Positions 20,048-27,112 of a stretch of DNA of 64,000 nt are shown here, in pieces. This DNA comes from Candidatus Gygaella obscura (GTDB lineage Bacteria > Omnitrophota > Gorgyraeia > Gygaellales > Gygaellaceae). A program made the translations under genes and the position numbers. Under the pieces are notes generated by a model. It did no database searches, had not been told where the DNA came from, and saw only the letters and a list, made by a program, of their open reading frames with translations. Location of the stretch: positions 10,298 through 74,297 of the forward strand of contig JAVCCR010000017.1 in NCBI GenBank assembly GCA_030765485.1, read 5' to 3'. Position 1 is the stretch's first letter; the number at the start of each line of letters is the position of its first letter.

Positions 20048-20470
20048 TTAATCATTTTTTGGAATATATTCATTCGTTGCATAAGTAGTTGGTATTTCAA
20101 AATACCTTCCCTTATAAACAAACTCAATTTTTTCCTTCTTAATATCTACAATACTTGCATCCTTCATTACGTCGCCGATTTTTACTACACTATTATCAAT
20201 TATAGCCAAAGGAATATCCCCTCCCCAAATTACACCCTGGACACTAAAAGTAGGAGGATTTATTTTTTCTTCTCTCATTGTTATTTTCTGTGAAGCTTTT
20301 TTCTTTTCCGGACGCATAAGATCAATCGGCAGTGTTGGCTCAAACGGATCCCTAAAACTTACACAGTCATAAATCAATAACTGCCTCTCATCGATAGCAG
20401 CCATGGCAGAATTTAAAAACCCGAGAATCAAGAAAAAAACTAAAAAATGAATTATATTTATCTTTTTCAT
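20048..20470 (-). CDS. PilP/GspB-like exported pilus assembly protein
   Basis: Signal peptide from ATG 20470 (ATGA overlap with pilO stop), RDPF motif, QGVIW...AIID..VVKIGD. Confidence 0.72.
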   Translation of the reverse strand: MKKINIIHFLVFFLILGFLNSAMAAIDERQLLIYDCVSFRDPFEPTLPIDLMRPEKKKASQKITMREEKINPPTFSVQGVIWGGDIPLAIIDNSVVKIGDVMKDASIVDIKKEKIEFVYKGRYFEIPTTYATNEYIPKND

Positions 20471-21033
20471 CTTTTTTCTTTTAGTATGGCGCAAAATACC
20501 TTTAAGCTGATCTTTAAAGAATTATCTTTTGCGTTCTCATACCTATTTAAAGGATTAATTTTAATATTTTCAAACCAAATAAATTCCGGAGAATTTTCTA
20601 TATCTCTGATAAACTGCCCTAAATTATGATAAAACCCTTCAAGAGAAATCCTAAAAGACATAACATCAAACAGGTTCTCTTGTTCAGTTTTTTGCTGATC
20701 AACACCTATAACCCTTAAATCGTAACTATCGGCAAATTGAGTAACCTTTCTGACAAGTTTGGACAAGGATATATCTTCGAAACCGCCTGCGAATTTACCG
20801 TTCTTTTTTTCCTGAAGCTGAATATTCCTTAAATATTCAATTTCAACCTCTTTTGCTCTTATATTCTCTTTTATAACGTCGATTTTTAATATTTCGCTCT
20901 TGTATACTTTCGAAGAGAAATGCAGCGTCAAAATGATAATCACTCCAATAACTATAAAATCCTTACGTGCGAGCACCATCGAAATCATTTCTTTAACGTT
21001 AATATTCTGTTTTAAATCGAGTTTCATTTGCAT
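20467..21033 (-). CDS. pilO: PilO-like alignment protein
   Basis: Single TM, coiled coil, ISLEGFYHNLGQFIRDIEN motif; position between pilMN and pilP. Confidence 0.8.
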   Translation of the reverse strand: MQMKLDLKQNINVKEMISMVLARKDFIVIGVIIILTLHFSSKVYKSEILKIDVIKENIRAKEVEIEYLRNIQLQEKKNGKFAGGFEDISLSKLVRKVTQFADSYDLRVIGVDQQKTEQENLFDVMSFRISLEGFYHNLGQFIRDIENSPEFIWFENIKINPLNRYENAKDNSLKISLKVFCAILKEKR

Positions 21034-22580
21034 TTCACCTCAAAAGAAGTCACCCTGATATCCTTTATCTTTTCAGTGCTATTTAATCGCCCCATCTCAA
21101 TCTCCTGAAAAACATTATTGAAATCAGCTGACTTTTTTAAATTGGTTACAAATTCATCAATTGCCTGAATCTCTTTTGACTCGTTTTTCAGATACACTTT
21201 TCCGGAAATATTCAATGTCACACTGCCTTTAGACCTACCGATATCTATCTTAGACACCCAAAGACCATTAGATAGTAATTTCGGAATTGAATTGACCCAT
21301 GGCGTAATGGAATATCTGCGACTCATTGTTTTTTCAATAACCTTGAATTTACTCTGGTATTTATCCTGAATCTTCTCCAGATCTTCATTAGTTGTATAAG
21401 GCCAGTTTATCTGTAAATATTTGATTTCTTTATTAAGTCCGTTTAACTTATTTAAAAAAGGTAGTCTTTTTTGAAATGCATATCCATAAACAACTGCAAT
21501 AAAAATTATAGAAAAAATAATTGTATTTCTAACATTTTCCTGTGCTAAAATGCCATATTGCAACTTTGCTATCAAACCTGAGGTTAATGATTCTTTTTTA
21601 GATTTTTTACTGGTAATAAAACCGCGCCTCTTACCCAAATTAATAGAACTGGTAGATTTAATATTCACCAAAGAAACTGATAAAGCTCTAGCTATATCCA
21701 AATCTTTTGCCTGCGGATATGTCTTAATAGTACTAACCATTATACCGTCAGTGGCTATTCCCAATTCTTTGGAAAGTGATTCTGGCCAACTATCAAAACC
21801 AGACTCATAAAGCAAAGCAATCTTTTTTATAGAACTTGAGGAAGGCTGTCTTCTGTAATAATCCAAAGAAATTCTTACTTCGTTAATAAACTTTACTAAA
21901 AGATTGGCTGATTGCACAAGTTCATCTTGAGGAATATTATCCATAGCAGGCATGTTCAAATCACGGCTAAAATGTATAAAGTTATCTGAAATTACTGTAA
22001 TATTAGCACTTTTTAAACCTATATCTATAACAGCATAAGGTGAAGCTACTTTTTCAAGTCGAATTATCTTTAACAATCCAAAATGTGCAGGTTCTATAAA
22101 ATTTATTGTAAAATTTAGCTTTTTAAAAACAGCATAATACTGATCAATAATCTCTTTTTTTATACCCACGAAAAGAATCTTTATCTTCTTTTCCTTTTTA
22201 TCCAATGCATATTGAAAATCAAAATAAACATCTTCTAGTTTAAAAGGTAAATAACGCTTACTTTCAAACATAATCGCTGAATTAAGCTCATTGGTAGGCA
22301 TAATAGGAAGTTCAAAATAACGCATTATCAAATCTCTAGCAGATAATGCTATTGAGATTTTGCCAGATTCAATCTTATTCTTATCTAAAACTTCTTGGAT
22401 TGCAACTGCAGTCTTGGTTTCGTCAATAAACAGATACATAGGATTTATCTGTTCTTTATTCAGCGGGCTGCAGATAGTTTTAACCACTTTATTACCTTGA
22501 GACTGAACCAAATTAATGGAATTATGGCTAAAATAAATGCCAGTTTGCAACTCCTTTGTCTTTCTAAATAAAGCGCTCAT
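21024..22580 (-). CDS. pilM: PilM-PilN fusion protein
   Basis: RYFELP, ESKRYLPF, AVIDIG, FSRDL, EVRISLDYY (PilM); then TM helix and GLWVSKI...LNISG...FEVKC (PilN-like). Confidence 0.8.
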   Translation of the reverse strand: MSALFRKTKELQTGIYFSHNSINLVQSQGNKVVKTICSPLNKEQINPMYLFIDETKTAVAIQEVLDKNKIESGKISIALSARDLIMRYFELPIMPTNELNSAIMFESKRYLPFKLEDVYFDFQYALDKKEKKIKILFVGIKKEIIDQYYAVFKKLNFTINFIEPAHFGLLKIIRLEKVASPYAVIDIGLKSANITVISDNFIHFSRDLNMPAMDNIPQDELVQSANLLVKFINEVRISLDYYRRQPSSSSIKKIALLYESGFDSWPESLSKELGIATDGIMVSTIKTYPQAKDLDIARALSVSLVNIKSTSSINLGKRRGFITSKKSKKESLTSGLIAKLQYGILAQENVRNTIIFSIIFIAVVYGYAFQKRLPFLNKLNGLNKEIKYLQINWPYTTNEDLEKIQDKYQSKFKVIEKTMSRRYSITPWVNSIPKLLSNGLWVSKIDIGRSKGSVTLNISGKVYLKNESKEIQAIDEFVTNLKKSADFNNVFQEIEMGRLNSTEKIKDIRVTSFEVKCK

Positions 22581-22581
22581 A

Positions 22582-22779
22582 TCAGTTTTTCTGGTTATTG
22601 TTGTATGTTGACTTTCTCTGCTGGCTTCTCAACCAGGAATCAACATCCTTTTTATCAAACCTCCATACTCCGCCCATCTTAATACCTGAAATCTTGCCTT
22701 GGTGTAACCAATTATAGATAGTTTGCCTTTGCAATCTCAAATATGATGCTAATTCTTCTATGTCCATTAATCTTGCCAT
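22582..22779 (-). CDS. Helix-turn-helix protein, HTH_17 / excisionase / BldC-like, 65 aa
   Basis: MARLMDIEELASYLRLQRQTIYNWLHQGKISGIKMGGVWRFDKKDVDSWL; start revised to ATG 22779 after AAGGT; ends 1 nt before pilM. Confidence 0.88.
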   Translation of the reverse strand: MARLMDIEELASYLRLQRQTIYNWLHQGKISGIKMGGVWRFDKKDVDSWLRSQQRKSTYNNNQKN

Positions 22780-22807
22780 AAAATTACCTTTGTTGATGCT
22801 AGAACAA

Positions 22808-22836
22808 AGTATTTCATAAATGATTATATTTGTCAA
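22808..22836 (-). promoter_or_regulatory. Putative sigma70 promoter of the HTH-pilMNOPQ-pilB-pilC operon
   Basis: TTGACA (22836-22831), 17 nt, AATACT preceded by TGA (extended -10-like). Confidence 0.55.
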
Positions 22837-22854
22837 GTGTTTTTTTATATTTTT

Positions 22855-22904
22855 TTACTTATATTTATCTATATTTATCTAAACTTACTTATACTTACCT
22901 ATAT
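22855..22904. repeat. Five tandem imperfect 10-bp direct repeats
   Basis: Plus strand TTACTTATAT TTATCTATAT TTATCTAAAC TTACTTATAC TTACCTATAT; consensus TTAYYTATAY. Confidence 0.85.
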
Positions 22905-22960
22905 TACATAAAGCTGCGCCAAAGATGTTTTTTAATTATTTCTAATTGGAGGCTAACAAA

Positions 22961-23362
22961 TTAAGGGGTGCTATATTGAACTGAAGCTGAAACTGGACGA
23001 GTACCATCAAAGTCATCTCCGGCAGTTGTTTCAGTGCCGATATGAACATTAATGGTAAAATCTTGATTATTCTGAGTAATATTAAGAGAAGGGGTTAAAT
23101 CACATTCAACATTTGGATTATCGCAACAAGAACAATTAATAGCTCCAAGCTGAGTTGTGCCAAGACGAAGCATTTCTAATCCATACTGAATTCCTGCATT
23201 TGCAGAATAATAAGCAAGAGTCCTTCTAAATTGATGCTCACTGAGTCTTCCCTGGCTGGTTAATATAGCTAATACTGTTCCGGCCATAATTACTATAATA
23301 ATAGTAAAAGCCAACACAACCATTAGGGCAAATCCTTGTTTTCTGTTAATCGCTTTAAACAT
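22961..23362 (-). CDS. PilX/GspK-like minor pilin
   Basis: RKQG/FALMVVLAF without E5; AYYSANAGIQYG motif; CSCC..C. Confidence 0.78.
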   Translation of the reverse strand: MFKAINRKQGFALMVVLAFTIIIVIMAGTVLAILTSQGRLSEHQFRRTLAYYSANAGIQYGLEMLRLGTTQLGAINCSCCDNPNVECDLTPSLNITQNNQDFTINVHIGTETTAGDDFDGTRPVSASVQYSTP

Positions 23363-23367
23363 ATAAA

Positions 23368-23571
23368 CTATTGTTTTCTCAAAACGATCTTAAAATCCTC
23401 AACCTTTGTATCAAGTTTTATATGTCCTTCTCTTGCTAACCAGCCAAGACTCATCAAAATAAAATCTCTGGGCTTATCAATTAGCTTTGTAAGATCGCTT
23501 AATTTTACTTCAGGATTTTGCTCTAGGTAATGCCAAATTTCTCCTGCAATAATTCCTATTTCTGTTATCAT
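23368..23571 (-). CDS. Winged-helix protein (DUF2582-like)
   Basis: IGIIAGEIWHYL...LGWLAREGHI; GGAGG RBS. Confidence 0.85.
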   Translation of the reverse strand: MITEIGIIAGEIWHYLEQNPEVKLSDLTKLIDKPRDFILMSLGWLAREGHIKLDTKVEDFKIVLRKQ

Positions 23572-23586
23572 ATATCCTCCAAATAT

Positions 23587-23614
23587 GTTATATCATATAT
23601 GTGTTTAATTTCAA
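23587..23614 (-). promoter_or_regulatory. Putative promoter for wHTH-pilX
   Basis: TTGAAA-16 nt-TATAAC preceded by TGA. Confidence 0.5.
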
Positions 23615-23619
23615 GCTTT

Positions 23620-24021
23620 TTATTCATTATCGGTTGCAATATTAACTTCTAAAAAACCATGTTCTCTGCACGCATCCCAAACTTCGACTAAACGCCCAAC
23701 TGAAGTCTTTCTATCAATCTGTATCAATACAGGCATATTTTTATTACGGTTTTTATATAAAAAATCCTTCAACTCTTTTCTGGTTACTAATTTTCCATTC
23801 AGATAAATTATATTTTCCGCAGTAACTACAATTATAATATTCTTTCTTGTAATCATCTCAGATGTTGATGCTTCAGGAAGGCTTACCTTAATCCCAGAAG
23901 GCATTACAAAATTTGAAGTCAGCAAAAAGAATATAAGTAATAAAAACATCACGTCTATTAAAGGAGCAATATCAATCTGCTTTAATCCATGTTCTAACTC
24001 CATATGTCTTTTAAAACGCAT
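23620..24021 (-). CDS. exbD: ExbD/TolR family protein
   Basis: IDIAPLIDVMFLLLIFFLL with conserved TM Asp; VSLPEA. Confidence 0.92.
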   Translation of the reverse strand: MRFKRHMELEHGLKQIDIAPLIDVMFLLLIFFLLTSNFVMPSGIKVSLPEASTSEMITRKNIIIVVTAENIIYLNGKLVTRKELKDFLYKNRNKNMPVLIQIDRKTSVGRLVEVWDACREHGFLEVNIATDNE

Positions 24022-24023
24022 AT

Positions 24024-24656
24024 TTAAACCTCTTCGCTCATAAACTTGACTAGCTCAGTTGAAGTTCGCTCCATTTCAAAAATTACATTATTAACACGGC
24101 TTACTAAATAATTATAGGCTACGAATGTCGGGATGGCAACAATTAAACCAGCAACTGTGGTAAGTAACGCCTCCCAAATCCCTCCGGCAAGATCTGCGGG
24201 AGCTACTGTATTTAAAGCAGTAGCCTTAAGCTGTACAATCTGAAAACTCTTTACCATCCCGCTTACAGTACCCAACAAACCCAAAAGAGGTGTAATATGA
24301 GCAATCGTAGCAAGACCAGTAAGCCGTCTTTCAAGCCTAGGGATTTCATAAAAAGAATTTTCCTGCAATAACTCTTCTAACTTATTTCTATTTTTTTGAT
24401 TCTTAATGATTGCAGGTTTGAATATCCGCCCTAAAGGATTTTTCGTACTGTCACAAACTTTAATCGCACCTTTTGTATCGTTTGCACGCAAGCAATCAAA
24501 AATATTATGAAGAAATTTCCTTATATTAATCTTAATCTTATGCAAATGCCATAATTTCTCCAAAATGATTGCTAAAGCAAACACTGAGCAAACAAGAATT
24601 ACCCACATTACCGGTCCGCCTTTTGTCATCACCTGAAAAAAACTCATATTCCACAT
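24024..24656 (-). CDS. exbB: MotA/TolQ/ExbB proton channel
   Basis: GGPVM, PLLGLLGTVSGM, GIWEALLTTVAGLIVAIP. Confidence 0.92.
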   Translation of the reverse strand: MWNMSFFQVMTKGGPVMWVILVCSVFALAIILEKLWHLHKIKINIRKFLHNIFDCLRANDTKGAIKVCDSTKNPLGRIFKPAIIKNQKNRNKLEELLQENSFYEIPRLERRLTGLATIAHITPLLGLLGTVSGMVKSFQIVQLKATALNTVAPADLAGGIWEALLTTVAGLIVAIPTFVAYNYLVSRVNNVIFEMERTSTELVKFMSEEV

Positions 24657-24672
24657 ATCAAACCATCCTTTT

Positions 24673-27105
24673 TTATTGTTGATTGCTTATTCTTAAATTT
24701 AAATCTTTAATCATTTCTTTGGCGTATTTTGATTCTTCGATATCCATATTTTCTATTTGAGAGTAAACTGAAAGAGCTTTCTGAAAATAATCCTCATTTT
24801 CAAAAATCTTAGCTAGTCTTAATTTCGCCTTTATACCTAAGGAATCGTTGCATTCAAACAATCTTTCATATAAAGAAACTGCCTGATCAAAAAGACCCTG
24901 CTCTTCTAGAGACTGCGCAAAATAGAATATTAATTCATTCTTAGAGTTTCTATCGATATTAGAAATAGATTCTTCGATAAATCTATCTCTTTCTTCTTCT
25001 TTATTTAACTTTATGTAGATTCTTGCTATTTCTACATAAGCACTGACACTCCCTGGAAAACCTTTTAAAAAATCTTTATACGCTTTTATTGCCAATACAA
25101 CTTTACCCTGAGATGAATAAATCTCGGATAAATCATTCGCGATATTTAAAAGCAACTCTTCCTCTTTAGCGTATTCTTTTGCCTGTTCGTAAACTAACAA
25201 AGCTTGCCTATAATCTGCTCTTTGTTTATGTATCCCGGCTAAAAGATATAAAGCTTTTTCCTTATCAGTAAAATCAGGATAAAATCTAAGAAGATTATCT
25301 ACATATCGTAATGCCATGTCAAGCTGATTATCAAAATAATATATATCAGCCAACCTAAACAATATCTCTGCATTCATATCAGAATCAGGATATTTAGAAC
25401 GAAGCCCTTCAAGTCTATCTATCGATGAATTTATTTTGCCTTGAGAGCTCAAACAATCAATAATTCCAAGTTCTGCCTTTACCAAGATAGCCTTATCATT
25501 AGTATGGCTTAAAATATACGAAAACATTTCTTTTGCCAAAACATACTCTTTAAGAGCAAGACGATTTAATCCAGATAAATACTGAAGCCTAAGCTTATAA
25601 TCGTTATCTGAGAAAATATTCAAAAACTCCTTTATCACTTCTTCGCTTTTTAGAAATTGTTTATTATTAAAATACGCAACAGCTAAATCAAATTTAAAAT
25701 TGTTGTCTAAAAAAGAACTATCCTTTATCTGCTCAAAGTAATTTATTGCCTGCTCATAATTGGCTTCTAAGATATAAATCGAACCTATCTTATAGCCTGC
25801 CAAAGAAATATTCTTCTGAACAGTGTCTGTAGAAAAGATTTCTTGATACAGAGCAATTGCTTTTTCATTATCTAACTGTGTTTCGTAAATTTCTGCCAAC
25901 TTAAACATTAAATCAATTTTTTTACTATTATCATTAATTTTATTTAAGACATCCTCTAAGGTAGTTATCGCAGAGTCAACATCACCTAACCTAAGATAAC
26001 AATCAACCAAACGGTAATAAACACTGTCAATAACCTCGCTATCAGTTAAGTTATTTAAATTATTTTTTAAAGCCTTTAGATTTTCTACGGCTTTTTCATA
26101 CTGTTCTAATTCAAAATATACATCAGCTTTATAAAAATGAAGACGAGTTAATAAATTAACGTCTTTTAACTCTGCCTCATTTATCTCATTCAATAAATCC
26201 AAAGCGACTTCGTAATTGTTTTCTTTAAACTCAAGTCTTGATTTACCCAGCACAAGCTTTGTTTGAAGACCTGCATCCTTTAACTGACCAACAAGAGAAA
26301 ATTGTTCTGCTGCTTCCTTATAATTTTCCGAAGATAGAAAAATCCACCCTAAATTCAAATAAGAAATATCCTTCAAACTTTCATCGGTTAAGCTTTTTAT
26401 AACGTTTTTATAGGATTCTTTGGCAGATTCTAATTCGTCTAAATAAAAATATGATTGTGCAAGATAAAAAGTCGCTAATGGAGTCTCAAGATAAAAATAA
26501 CTATCCCTTATCCATATAATAAACTCTTTTAATGCCGCGTAATTATTACTGCTATATAGACTATCAAAAAGCTTGCTTGCGGTTTCATGTAAAATATCTA
26601 TATTATTTGTCCTATGAGCGTACTTTTCAAATAATTGCTTAGCCGTTATATAGTCTTTATCCAGCAAAAAACTTTCTATTAAATACAAAAAAGCCTTATT
26701 GTTAAGCTGTGACTCGGGAAACTTATTAAAAAACCTTGTTATATTTAATTTTGCTGCGCTGTAATCATGATTTTCCAACTGCACCTTAACAAGCCAAAGC
26801 AATGCTTTGTCTTTAAAATCAATTGACGCAAAACTTAAATCATCAGTAATTTTTCTTAATGATTCTATAGCGGAAACAAAATCATTGATCTCATAAAAAG
26901 ACATCGCTATTAAAAAATGTGCCTTTGAAGAATATTTACTTAAAGGATGCAATCTTAAAAATCTCTTTAATATTACGATTGCATCATCATAAGAATCATG
27001 ATTATATGCGTATTCTCCAATAAATAGCTCGTCTTCTTCACTTGCAAAACAGCTAAAATTAAAAATAACACATAAAATTAAAACCGCGAAAATAATTTTC
27101 TTCAT
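24673..27105 (-). CDS. Large exported tetratricopeptide-repeat protein
   Basis: Signal peptide MKKIIFAVLILC...CFA; many TPR-like repeats (A...Y...L..YP.S); strongly acidic. Confidence 0.85.
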   Translation of the reverse strand: MKKIIFAVLILCVIFNFSCFASEEDELFIGEYAYNHDSYDDAIVILKRFLRLHPLSKYSSKAHFLIAMSFYEINDFVSAIESLRKITDDLSFASIDFKDKALLWLVKVQLENHDYSAAKLNITRFFNKFPESQLNNKAFLYLIESFLLDKDYITAKQLFEKYAHRTNNIDILHETASKLFDSLYSSNNYAALKEFIIWIRDSYFYLETPLATFYLAQSYFYLDELESAKESYKNVIKSLTDESLKDISYLNLGWIFLSSENYKEAAEQFSLVGQLKDAGLQTKLVLGKSRLEFKENNYEVALDLLNEINEAELKDVNLLTRLHFYKADVYFELEQYEKAVENLKALKNNLNNLTDSEVIDSVYYRLVDCYLRLGDVDSAITTLEDVLNKINDNSKKIDLMFKLAEIYETQLDNEKAIALYQEIFSTDTVQKNISLAGYKIGSIYILEANYEQAINYFEQIKDSSFLDNNFKFDLAVAYFNNKQFLKSEEVIKEFLNIFSDNDYKLRLQYLSGLNRLALKEYVLAKEMFSYILSHTNDKAILVKAELGIIDCLSSQGKINSSIDRLEGLRSKYPDSDMNAEILFRLADIYYFDNQLDMALRYVDNLLRFYPDFTDKEKALYLLAGIHKQRADYRQALLVYEQAKEYAKEEELLLNIANDLSEIYSSQGKVVLAIKAYKDFLKGFPGSVSAYVEIARIYIKLNKEEERDRFIEESISNIDRNSKNELIFYFAQSLEEQGLFDQAVSLYERLFECNDSLGIKAKLRLAKIFENEDYFQKALSVYSQIENMDIEESKYAKEMIKDLNLRISNQQ

Positions 27106-27112
27106 AATTAAA

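Noticed and set aside
13003-22836. Pilus locus as a tRNA-integrated island with an excisionase
   Set aside because: No integrase, no duplicated tRNA 3' end seen, and the locus lies on the 5' side of the tRNA
22780-22836. N-terminal extension of the HTH ORF in the track (84 aa)
   Set aside because: The TTG start is the -35 hexamer; the HTH_17-like sequence and RBS point to ATG 22779
22855-22904. Repeat array as CRISPR or replication-origin DUE
   Set aside because: Repeats are 10 bp with no spacers and no cas genes; no DnaA-box cluster or rep gene nearby
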